Source: Styela clava
Taxonomy: Eukaryota
DNA length: 64,000 nucleotides
Direction: 5' to 3'
Assembly: GCF_964204865.1 (NCBI RefSeq)
Contig: NC_135261.1
Coordinates: 18,600,001-18,664,000, forward strand
Part shown: piece by piece, positions 52,385 to 64,000 of the stretch
Layout: each line of letters begins with the position of its first letter
Position numbering within the stretch: the stretch's first letter is position 1
Notes under the pieces: generated by a model
Told to the model about the DNA's origin: nothing
What the model saw: the letters and a program-made list of their open reading frames with translations, nothing else
Database searches by the model: none
Translations under genes and position numbers: made by a program

Positions 52385-54082
52385 ATCGATGGCTGAGAAA
52401 TAACAGCGAGGTATTCGCAAGCAGGGTAATATTTCTAAACTACTAAAAATCTGTCCTATATAGGCCAACCTGCGCAGACGCCCGGATTTTACAGGAAACT
52501 GATGCGTAGTAAACGAGAGTACACAGTTCGTGTTATTGATAAGGCGGTGCGTAGTAGCATAGCTGCAGTTGACACGAAACATGATTTAGTTTAGAAGGCC
52601 TGTAAGATTTCGGCCTAGCGCGTTATGGTCAGTCGGTATTTGTTTCGCCCGTAGGGAATTTGGTTTCGCATTGTGGGCATAAAGTATAGATTCAAAATAA
52701 CCACTCTATTTCATGCCGGTACAATTGATTAAACTGCCAAATATGTTTGAAGTAATATAAATATTTAATGTTTATGTTATTTTAGCTCGTCAACAGATAT
52801 TTTTCAAGTCTTACCAAATGTGGGCCGAATGCATTCCAAGTCATATTTCATCCGCTTGTTTAACATATTACAAAAAGAATGTTTGTGGACTGACGTTACT
52901 AACTCCTCTTGTGAGCGGCCCATTGCTAGAAGATGTGCATCGTTCAAGAAACTTCTATAATCGTGAATTGACAAATGAACAATGGCCTTAAATATTGCCG
53001 AACACTTAAGCTGACTTCATCTTTGTAGTTTCTAATATTTTTAATAATGGCATTTTACAATGATTACTCAGACGCCCTCGACCTTAAAATTATAACATTC
53101 CTCTTCGAGACACTCGGCCTTTTTTTTGCTTACCCCGGTATTTGAATAGGTGTGATATGCTTTCAGCTTTTATTTACTTTCTAGTTGAATGGCCGGCATA
53201 TGAATGTTTCAGTCGGCGTTCGCTCGATATGGCATATATTGTACATTTATAAATTAAATATGACACCACATAAATACTTCGAGTCTAGGTTTACGAGCGG
53301 AAAGAACTATCCAAGCGTGACTCAGGATTTCGTTGCAGAAATCAGACGCAGCCGGCCGGCGCAAAGCCTTGCACGAATTCATTTCTCTTTCGTTTCATTG
53401 ATTTGTCCAGGACTTTTCTCACCGTGACTCAGCGCTCGCGATGCGGTATCGATCTATAATATAAACTGTTGTTCAGGGTAGTGAATTGTAGATGTGACAG
53501 CGCGGCGTCTACTTGGTATTAGAATTATAAACCATCTCATACAGGTTCAGGTTTACCTCAACATATCGATAAGTGGTAGCTATTTTTGATTAGATATTAG
53601 CTTATATATATATAGAAAATATAAAATGGCGAAGCGACAGAGTAGCAATCCATTGCAACATTTTGCCCTGCAGGCTCGGTTGGAAAATCTACGGCTACGT
53701 TTGCCAATAAAGGCTTAGTATATTTTAGCAGAGCATAGTTAAGTAATATTTTTTGGTGGAATTAATTGTTTGAAAACAGTAACTAATAGCTACCCATGCC
53801 AGATATGGCAATATTCCATGAAAACCACATTCTTTCACTCGCCACATAAACTTTTTTCGTAAATGAAGGCTTACATGGTAAAATCTTATGGTCAGCGTGA
53901 CAAACTTCTATCAATCAGGAAGCATTATCGCGTTACAACTCGTCAGAGTAACACAAACGTTTAAACAAAAGATGGCTTATTCTCAGTTCTGTAAGTTTGA
54001 CAGTGTTTTGAAAGAGCACGGAGAGCCATACCATTCTTTGAAACTCGATTACTGTCAATTCAACATTATATATAGACAATCA

Positions 54083-57000
54083 ATGCATATTTCTAGAAAA
54101 TTATTCACTATACTTTTAAGACGGAACTATTCACTTTCGAAAATGGCGCAAACTGCTAAAAAGGACGATATAATGGGTACGGCTATCAAAAATGGTGAAT
54201 TCGTGCGAGCACCGTCATCTTTTCGAAATTGGATAACAGGTATGAAAATTTGTTTAGAGTTCGAATGCGTAAAATCAGCTTGAAGTTGTTACTGGTTAGT
54301 CGATGTTAAAATAAACACGTGCCATAACCGTCGAGTTTGTAATACGACACGGCAAAATTGAGTTCATTTCTTTAATTGGAAATCTTCGTTCAAAAAAGTC
54401 CACATACGCAAAGTAAACCAAGTTGGATCAAAAACGAAACAGCCATTTGCGATAGTTCAAAATTGTATAAACGCATTCTGGCACCCACCCTTTGTACAAA
54501 TTGGTGGGAGTATTATATGAAAAAAATCGTCTTTCGCCATAGAAATCTCGAACTTTTGCGAATTAATATATATATTTTTTCAACTTTAGCCGACGGTTCG
54601 AGTGGATTCAAGGCAGAAGCAGGGCGTTATCACATTTATGTTTCTCTAGCTTGTCCATGGGCGCACCGGACTCTTATCACACGAAAGTAAGTTATGGAAG
54701 AATCGTGCAGTTAAATCAATACTAGTGATTGTATTGTTATCGTTGCAGAATTTTCACTAGTACATTTTCCCTAGTACATTTTCCCAATTGTGTTTGCACG
54801 TGTAAGCGAAGTGCGAAGTATTTCACTCAAGTTTGAACCAATAAAACAATTTCATTTCCTGCATTCATTGTAAATAATAGGATTAACCAAACTTAACACA
54901 AAGTTAACTAAATGCAGATTGAAAGGGCTGGAAGACGTTATTTCTTATACCGTCGTAGATTTCTTGATGCTGGACAAAGGATGGAAATTCAATGACAAGG
55001 TTAGTTATATCAGTTTGTAATACTTTGTATTGATAAAATTAACCGAAAAATATTCAACAAAAGCTCAATAAACAATTTCAGGTCCCACAATGCACTAAAG
55101 ATCCAATATTTGGAGCGGAATATCTGAGAGAAGTTTACAATATGGTTTCACCTGGTATGACGGTAGCTCTTTCATATATATGTTTTAAAACGATATCAAA
55201 TTTCAAAAACTATTTGAATTTGCCTTTATTATGTGTAATTAGTATTAAATAACAATTCTCCGTTGATATTTTGTTCATGAATACTTACTTTTATGTACTC
55301 TACATTGTTTCAGATTACCAAGGTCGAATAACTGTTCCAGTCCTCTTCGACAAGGAAAAGAAAACGATTGTCAACAACGAATCGAGTGAAATAATTCGAA
55401 TATTGTCAAAGGAATTCAATGAATTCTGTTCCGATGATCAGAAAAGAGCAGTAGATATCTATCCAGAAGATCTTCGTCAACAAATCGATGCAATTAATGA
55501 ATGGGTGTATCCGTAAGTTTGCTTGAGATTCAGTGATTGGTCCATCTCTCGTTTCAAAATTTGAACTTTCTGCCAAATATATTACAAAAATTACAGTATT
55601 CATACATTGCTGAGATGTTTAGCAACGTCGATGTCGTATTTTATTCATAGCTGATCACAATTGCAAGGCATGTGCACGCCAATGGTTGCCCTCCTTTAAG
55701 TTGGGATTTATGAAAACGCATCAATTGTTTACATTATGTAGTTGCTATTCCTTGTTTAAATCCTATAACTCAGAATATGGATACATTTGTATGTATTAAA
55801 TTGTTAGTAAGAAAATGAATATAAAAACCATGAGCTGTTTACAAGTTTGATTCACTTTGTCCCCAGAATAAGGCCTAAACAATTAGATGCCGAATTATTT
55901 TCGGGGCTACTGGACCTGGAACGACTTAAATCTTTACGGTTTGACGTCGCCTACCCATACTGAATGAGATAAGGGTTGTGAGCCAAGAAATGACGGCGTC
56001 AGCAATAAAAATTAAAAGCGTGCATGAATCATTTGAACTTTTTACAAATAAAAACTGAGCACCTAAGTTGACAAATCATTTTTCGTTAAAAGAAAAATGG
56101 TGTTCGAAAGACTAAACTAATTGCAGATTGTTCTAATTTTGTCGATTTCAGGACCATCAACAATGGCGTGTACAGGTCTGGTTTTGCTCGGACTCAGGAA
56201 GCTTACGATAAAGCGGTCGGAGATTTGTTCGAAAATTTGGATAAGGTTTGTAAGTTGATTTCTTTGTGAACCAAATCCGGTTGATTTTTTTTATTTCACC
56301 AATTCCAATTACATCTGAATGACGTTATTTTTTTAATAAAGGCAGAAGAGGTTTTAGGCAAATCTCGATATCTCGTAGGTGACCGTTTGACTGAAGCCGA
56401 TATTCGTCTGTTCACGACTCTTGTCAGATTTGATAAAGTTTACCATGGACATTTCAAGGTGAGGTGATTGAATGTTCAAGTATTTAGTTCGATCGGGTAG
56501 GACATTCTGGTCATCTTGAATCGTATTTATTTTTGTTCACGTTATGTTAAGTTTTATTCACGTTAATATTATATCTGTTCATTCAAAAGCAACCAGTCGT
56601 TTCGCGTCATGGTGTAGGCTACTTTCATTTATCTTCAACCCATTGTCATATACTCAAATTCATCTATTATCTTTAGTGTAACAGAAGACAGATTAAAGAT
56701 TACCCTAATTTATGGGGATATTTGAGGGACTTGTACCAGACTTCTGGTTTTGGAGACACGACCGACTTTGACCATATCCGGAAGCATTACATGGTAAGAT
56801 TTTATTCAGTCCCTATCAAGAATTTTTATAACCTAAAACGATCTCTTCTAGCTGTAATGTTTTCGTAATTTGTAATATCATATAGTAAAAAACCACAAGT
56901 AATGTTATCAAGGCTTGCAATAATGATCGTTCCAAAAATCGCCGCCTTATTTGTAGATGTAAGCTTATTATTATTACTTATCGATCTTAAGATCGGTAAG

Positions 57001-57488
57001 TATATTGATAGGTATTTGTATGTATGTCTGTGTGTGTGTGTGTGTGTGTCTGTTAGATGAACGCGATATCTCACGAACGCGTGGTTGAATCTGCTCCAAA
57101 TTTTGCATGTGCATGCACCTTACCTCGGACCAGACGCCTATCGATTTTGGGTTAATTATGTCGTATAATTAGCGAGTTATTAACTAATTACCGATCTAAG
57201 ATCGATAAGTCTTCGGTCTCCGACCGATATTCTCGTTTACTGAGTTGCTTGGTATTACATTGAGGCTCTGTCTGTCTTATTCACCTAAAATTGAGTTTAC
57301 CTGATGTATAATTTACAAAATTTCCCTCACTAAAACCGACCCGACAGTCTATGATTTTATAAAGATAAATAAGTCTGTGCTATTTTCAGATGAGTCATAC
57401 GAGTATCAATCCGTTTTCCATTGTGTCAGTTGGACCGGATCTTGACTTCAATTCTGCACACGGAAGAGCTGAAAAATTCTGCAAATAG
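54083..57488 (+). CDS. Glutathionyl-hydroquinone reductase (Xi-class GST, YqjG/ECM4-like), copy 2, 9 exons
   Basis: [95 protein letters not shown]; same intron positions as copy 1; in-frame ATGs at 54083 and 54143; stop at 57486-57488. Confidence 0.93.
56976..57238 (+). mobile_element. Non-autonomous Helentron/DINE-1-like element in last intron of GHR copy 2
   Basis: Inverted repeats 56976-56999 and 57188-57210, internal (TG)n microsatellite, then a 3' hairpin TCGGTC-TCC-GACCGA and T-rich end. Confidence 0.6.
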
Positions 57489-58222
57489 CATAAACATCTT
57501 TGTGATTTGAATAAAACGGAATTTAATTTTCCAAAATACTGTATAGTCTGCTTGTGAAGTTACTTCATCAAATATGGAGATTATACAGAGTTAAATTCGA
57601 GCATAAATTCGAAGATTGGTTTTCAATTGCATTATATTGGCAGAATATCCGCTTTTGCGTCGTCTTTTTGGGTTTTCCAGTATGGAATTCCTCAATATAC
57701 GAAAAAATCAAAATGGAATTGCGGTACTCATGTGACTTACTAATAATCTAAGAAAAAGATACACACACACGCACATATATTATTTGGCTGCGATATGACG
57801 AGTAGTGTGATATTAAAGAACGATCTTGAAAACAAGAGAACAATGCTCAAATATTTTGGCACGTTAACCAGTGCGAAGCAGTCCTTACCTTTGACGCTAC
57901 CGGTACCCTCAAAAAAATTCTGAGTTTCGCGTAGCAAAAATTTACAGAATTAAACCGGACAGCCAGTGTTCCCGTGGATAAAATAATACAGAGAAATTTT
58001 GGACGAAATATCATATTTCATACGAAATTTAGAAATAAATAAAAGAAACAGCCTTCTGGCAAAAAAATCAACCGTTAATCACTGAAAATTTCAAAGCAAC
58101 TGGTCCAGTATTTGGAGAGAAAAGCGATTTTTAATGATAATGATGACGAATAACAAGAACAACAACATAATATTGAAACGACCGTTACGTCCACTAACAT
58201 GTCCAATAATATGCTCTAAAAA

Positions 58223-58491
58223 CAATAGGTTCTCAAAGTGCCCCATGGCTCAGTGAGAGAAACCTAGGGGCTCCGCGAGCTATTCCTTTACTTATCAAAA
58301 TACTGACTTCGCTAATTTTGCAACTGTCCAAAGAAGCAATCACGGCATCAATAAAATTTGACAACAGTAGCGCCGAAATGTGGCAACAAAGTGGTACGGT
58401 TTTCAAATATTTTTATATATTTATTGTAGGGTTACGTAAATAATCGTCAATTTCTTTACGGGCATGAAGCCAAAAAGTTTGAGAGCCCCTG
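58223..58491. mobile_element. Possible degenerate hAT MITE
   Basis: Ends CAATAGGTTCTCAAAG / AGTTTGAGAGCCCCTG resemble hAT TIRs; no clean TSD. Confidence 0.4.
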
Positions 58492-60646
58492 CCCTTAAAA
58501 TATTGAATCTAAAGGAAACTTGAAGAAACGGGTCTTGAATACACGTCTAAACGTACAACCAGTGCTACTGAGGGCAAGAAACTTCCCAAGTCACACGGTT
58601 AATTAAAACTCAAACTGAGGTTTTGTTTTTCTCGATTTCTAAAAAACAGCCTGTTTCAAAAGAAGGGCTTGTTTTAGATCAAATTTGTTTCTCTATCTTC
58701 TGTTTTTTTTTTATTGAAATACCCATTGCATCGCCGTGAGACTACGGAAAAATGGTGCTGCACACACTGTAGGAATTATTATTTTAAAAAATGTAAGAAA
58801 AAGATTTTGCTCCGTTACAGAAGAAATCTGTTTGAATGTTTTTGTCGCAATACTTGTACAGCCCTTATGCCAAAAGTTTTCATATTTCATTGCATCAGGT
58901 GGAATTTTGCGAAACATAGGCCACATCCAACTTCTCTTTCTATTGGACAAATAAATAGTTATACGGTACCTTTGATAAAAGACGCGGCCGCCGGCTCTCG
59001 ACTAAATCTGGCGGGTCACAACTCCCACACGTAGGTTAGACACTAGCATTGTGCCACACAGCTGGAGATGCGTGTACTAGCGAGTCACCTGTAGGGTTTT
59101 GAAGGGTATATTGACAATAATCACCGATTAGGTTTTTACATCCATTCGTCCTCTTTTAACCCATTTAGTACAAATGAAAGAAATAAAACAGCCATTTCGA
59201 ACAGCACAGGTAAAAGGAAAATTTTGTTGCAGTCAGAAGCTGTTTTGCAAACCATCAGGTAATTTTGGGTCAATGAAATAGGTTTAAATGTCTAAGAAAA
59301 TGTGGATACCATGATATAGAACATAGATAACCGTACAGCTAGCTGTAAGCTATATGCGCGAGTTAGAATATTTGTTAAAACTAAAGAAAAAAAAGGACTT
59401 TTTATTGCGCTTTCCAGAGCTTTATGCTTATGAAATTTTGTATTCCTATTGCGAATTCGAAATATATACTTATTTTTTGGGGGACTATCACAAGTAGGTT
59501 ATAAAATAAACTTTTTGATGGTTCAATAACCGGTGGCGATATCGATTTTAAATCCTGGTGCAAAGTCCCAAATGTCGAGCTAGGATATGAATCCGTTATA
59601 GAATAAGACCAACCAAAGTTAGCGATTATATTTCTATGGACAATAGTTTTATATTGCAGTTTTAGCCAATATAATATTATGTTTTGACGTTGTGTTGTAT
59701 GAAGGCAGATGGGAGCGATCCAATCCCTAGCTTGATCTCTATCGCAACCTTTTTCCGCGATTGCCCGATCCTAACTCCCAACAACGAATACAAAGATAAG
59801 TTGATATAGCCTATATATATTATTGAGAACTTGATCGTCACAATTCTACAGTATTTCGCGGATATATACTGTTTCATTCTATCCCAGCTATCAGGTAGAA
59901 AATGAATTGTTATGGTGAACTTGTTTTGTCCTAATTCTAAGATTCCGAGTTAGATCCAATTTACAACTAATAATAAGAATTTTGCCAAAATACCGAAATG
60001 CAGTCAACATGATATGATTGTGCCTACAAGTTAGCTCGTGCGTTTGTTTGCAAGCTGAATGAAAAACGGATATTCTAGTTTGAATTTTTGAACATTGTAC
60101 CAAGGCTACTTCAGGAATTTGCAAAACAACCATTAGCACAGGCCGGCACAATAGAAATATAATAACTTCAAATGTGGAATGTCCTTGTTGAATTACGGTA
60201 CATAATTTAGCATTTGTACATTTTTACTATTTGTATAAAACAGCTTTTGTTGTTACTCCGTTTGAGAATAAAATACAAATTAATTTGAACGTATTTCTAA
60301 TAAAACATATTAGATTTTGACCCGGATTGAAGTACTGTAGTTGAATTTAACATTTAGCTTTTAATTAGCTCAGTGTCGTTGCTATTTGAATGAAACAGTT
60401 TGACTGACTCATAACAAAGCTCCTCAATCACAGTATTCGTTCTTAGATTATTTGGATACCTCGCTATCGTGTTAGGAAAAAAGTAAAGTACATGTGTGAG
60501 CATGAATGAAAAGATTAAAAAAACATTGTGTGTCCGTATATATATTGTTCGCGTTTTAAAATAAACCGTTTCATAATTTTCGAAAAGCGCCTTTCCATGC
60601 AAATGGAGTTTTATTGATTGACCTACGAGCAGTGTTCCCTCTAAGG

Positions 60647-62487
60647 CATTGGTTCCCAACCGCCGGTCCGCGGACCGGTGCCGGTCCGCGAAGCTTTTTT
60701 GCCGGTCCGCGAGAAAATTTCGGTGTTTTGTTGTTTTTATGCCGTCTGAATCGCTTTAACGAGGACGCTTTACCGTACTGGTATTGTTTGCAATATATCC
60801 TTCGCTGTAACCTAATCAGAGTGGTAATCTCTTTTTAATTTGTATATAAGCTTTCAAAATTGTATTTGTTAAAAAAATTTTGTGCGTATTGTTCGTTTTC
60901 CATGGTTTTTAGTTTTACATTTGCCAAATTTGCATTCTCTTCAAGTTTTTCTTTATTTTTTCTTGTTGTCCTCCCATTTTCTCTCTTCAGTGCATTCTCT
61001 CGTGATAGGTATATATTTATTTTGTTAAATAATCTGCACAGTAGCCTCAATTATGTATACACTGCCGCAACTACTGGTATTCAATAGTTGTGTCTCATAT
61101 AGTTACTAACCCGCATCAGCTAGGTGTCGCTGCTAGAAGACCTTAGGTTCCTCGCGACTCCGGTCACACAATTAACATGACCAGTATATTTCGTTTGTTG
61201 TAACAATTTTCTTTATGCTTGTTTTTTGTGTTGACAAATAAAAGATTGATTGATTGAGGTTGCGTTGGTTTATTACGCAATTTCTCTTCCGCTGTCGGCG
61301 CCGAGTAATCATACTTTTCGCTTTTTCGGCTCCAATTCACCTCGAATGCGCTCCGATCTCTTTACCGAAGACGAGGTTGATTTATTACGCAATTTCTCTT
61401 CCGCTGTCATATTGCGACGTCTTTCGCGACATCTTGGCGCCAAGGAATCACACTTTTTGCTTTTTCGGCTACGATTCATCGTGAATGCGCTCCATCAAAT
61501 CTCGCAAGATTCAGAAACCTAAAAATTGGCACGCGTGCTTTATCTGTACTGCATGCTTTTCCTGATTTATATGACCATCCAAATAAAACGTTATGCATAT
61601 TTCTTTGTTCAAACCAAAAAACAGGAAAGAAAAGTATAATACTCCAGTAAAATATGGCAGGTGGTCACGAGGAGCGCAAAAAAGCATGGGCCGCTGAGAT
61701 CTTTTCCAGTATCTTGAGCAGACAAAGTAGGATTTTGAGCCTGGTGCCAAATTACCGACGACTTTGTCATTGTAATGTGAATTCATCCTGTTTGAAGCAT
61801 AGATCAACTGCAGAGGGATTAATATGATAAACCCAATGAAAAAGCTTGATTTAAATTTTGATTCTAATATACAGTTCAGATTTAAAAAAGAATCACTGTC
61901 ACAATTTTTGATATCTCTTAATAACGAATACCCATCACTAAGTAATCAAGCAATCAAACTGTTGTTCGTATTTTCAACGAGTTACTTTTATTTTTATTCC
62001 TTATATATAAAAATATTATCATCACTAGCTTTAACTAAAGCGAAGCAAGGAAATTTGCTGCACGCCGCTGCAGGGCTACGTGTTGCAGAAACTTCTTTCA
62101 GGCATCGTTTGCAATCCTATATTGGGAACTAAACAGCAGCAAAATTTTCACTAGAGTTAATTGCGTTTGTACATGATTTGGCATGTACATGTTTTTTTAT
62201 GTGAGATGTTTTATGTGTGCCTTTCTTACGCATAATGGGTACTCAGCACTGCATTTCAGTACGCAAATATTTTTGGTCGGCACATTATTTGATAGTTTTT
62301 CTTTGTATGAGCTGTTTTTGAGTGTGCCTTTTTTGTCTAGATGCATATTGAGTGCCCGACATTGCATTATATTACGCAAATATATGTTATTCTTTTATGT
62401 TCCGGTCATTTCAATTTTTTGCCGGTCCCCGAGTACATTTAATCCATTTTCACCGGTCCGCTAGGGTAGAAAGGTTGGGAACCACTG
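60647..62487 (+). mobile_element. Internally deleted hAT (Buster/Charlie-like) element
   Basis: TIRs CATTGGTTCCCAACC / GGTTGGGAACCACTG, subterminal CCGGTCCGCG repeats, and a hAT dimerisation-domain remnant (EYPSLSNQAIKLLFVFSTSY...TKAKQGNLL...LRVA) at 61824-62132. Confidence 0.85.
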
Positions 62488-62743
62488 ATTTAGAACATAT
62501 ATTATGAAAAACATAACTTTTGTGCAAAGCTTTCCAGTTTACTGAAACTTTTGAGTACAATCTTACACAAACAGAAGTTGAAGGGTTTAATAAATTTTCG
62601 AAATTTCGTTAGAGTAATTGAGAAATTTATTTTTTGTTGTGCTTTCCAGGCGCATTTTATTGGTATGATCATCCCTTGTTGAGTTGTCTCAGCAGTCTGT
62701 TGTTGTTTACGCTCCATATTATTATAAATTAGAGGATTTAGAG

Positions 62744-63371
62744 CAGTAGTTCTCAACCAGGGGTCCGTGGATCCCCAGTGGTCCGCGAAGCATTTCCAGG
62801 GGGTCCGCGATTAAATTAAAATTTTAGGAAATTATTTGCAATTTGATATCGTTTTTTTTTGTAATACGCTCGAAAATTTGCTGCCTATGACAATGTGACA
62901 ATAGCCTACAAAAACTATTCTGATCCAACTCCCGTAGACATATTGTGACGAACTCAAGTTATGACATCACAATGATAAATACGAGAACACAGCCACAGTG
63001 ATCACTTTCTCAGTTTTGGTGCGCCATTTTGTCGTCGTACCCAAAAGTATTGATGTAAGCATTACGTGTTATTGTTCCAATCGCCTTCACTTACCTTTAT
63101 GCGTCTATCGTTATCAAAAACACGACTACGTATTTCAAGACTTGCTTATGATATGCAACAGCAAAAATCCCATTAAGTGTATTTGATTTGACAAAATAAA
63201 TTGAAATGTTCACTAGTTTGGTGTTATCTTTGGCATGGTTAAATATGTATGGAACATTAGGTTTCTGTTTAAGCTATGAACTGAATTTCAAATAAAACAC
63301 TTTTGAGGGGTCCGCGACCGCTTTGAGAGCATCAGAAAGGTCCGCAAAGACAAAAAGGTTGAGAACCACTG
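62744..63371. mobile_element. hAT MITE
   Basis: TIRs CAGTAGTTCTCAACC / GGTTGAGAACCACTG with GGTCCGCG subterminal repeats. Confidence 0.85.
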
Positions 63372-64000
63372 CTCTAAGGTGTGCGCGCGCACACAGCTTT
63401 CAGAGGCTGCGCACACGCATAGATTTACTGCGCACAGACGTATTTCGATGCAATGTAACAATGGTTGGCAGGTTGAGAAAGTTTGTTGTTGGCGCACTTA
63501 TTACCCGGTTAGAACGTCAAAATTTCTTCATTGGTTTTTGCACAAATATTAGTCATTTCCAAAAAAAGTGCGCACACACCAAAATTTCTGCGCACACATA
63601 CTACAAAAAATTAGAGGGAACATTGCCTACGAGTATAAGTATGTGTTTATTTCGACTCCATAATCAGCAATAGACGATAAAATAATTGATAAAAACAAAA
63701 AAATAAAACTAATTATAGAATCGGGAAAGCAAACGAAACCCCAAAGAAAGGTTTAAAGCGTAGCCTACAGATTTTAGGTGGGAAGGTATTGAAATAGAAG
63801 TAGTACGTGTTCGCTCACCCAATTGCACGATTGTTTTGCCACTAATCGTACAGCGGCGATTGTTCAAAACCCAACAATCGTCCATCTTTACATATTACAT
63901 AAAAGATAGCTATCGAGAAAAGACATTCGAGCGATTGGTTGTCTCGCGACAATATAAACACATCTTTGTGGTCATGTGACGAACGTTGTGTGGTGTGACG

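Larger units (their letters stand above)
60630..63625. mobile_element. hAT MITE (outer element), split by a nested insertion
   Basis: TIRs CAGTGTTCCCTCTAA / TTAGAGGGAACATTG with an exact 8-bp TSD CCTACGAG (60622-60629 and 63626-63633). Confidence 0.9.

Noticed and set aside
58714-59034. Cys/Lys-rich ORF resembling a piggyBac C-terminal domain
   Set aside because: Only a short CxxC-type resemblance; no transposase core or TTAA-flanked TIRs found.

Overview
AT-rich, intron-containing animal genomic DNA; an ascidian (tunicate) is my inference from the vanabin-like Cys spacing, not a determination. The left ~47 kb is an old tandem duplication (unit 1 ~490-23300, unit 2 ~23400-47600). Each unit holds a pair of five-exon genes of an apparently unnamed secreted-protein family, in the order A1, B1, A2, B2 on the + strand. 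Each gene encodes: signal peptide, basic pro-region with many dibasic sites, a variable array of 14-aa RPGPF-GRR-GDxDGN repeats, a 12-Cys vanabin-like domain, and an acidic tail. In the repeat, an amidation/cleavage signal overlaps an RGD motif. A1 and B2 are intact; B1 has a nonsense codon and A2 a frameshift. Each gene is preceded by 2-3 degenerate tandem copies of a ~0.9-1.4 kb promoter-derived unit rich in E-box/AP-1/CRE-like motifs, ending in a TATA and TCAGT initiator. Other genes are an alpha-arrestin (ARRDC-like) and two head-to-head, spliced glutathionyl-hydroquinone reductases (Xi-class GST, YqjG/ECM4-like). Mobile elements include an ISL2EU-like transposon with ~0.8 kb inverted repeats, a decayed Gypsy element interrupted by a ~175-bp tandem repeat, several MITEs, a Helentron/DINE-like element and a nested composite hAT insertion. 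Exon calls and identity levels were read by eye, not computed.
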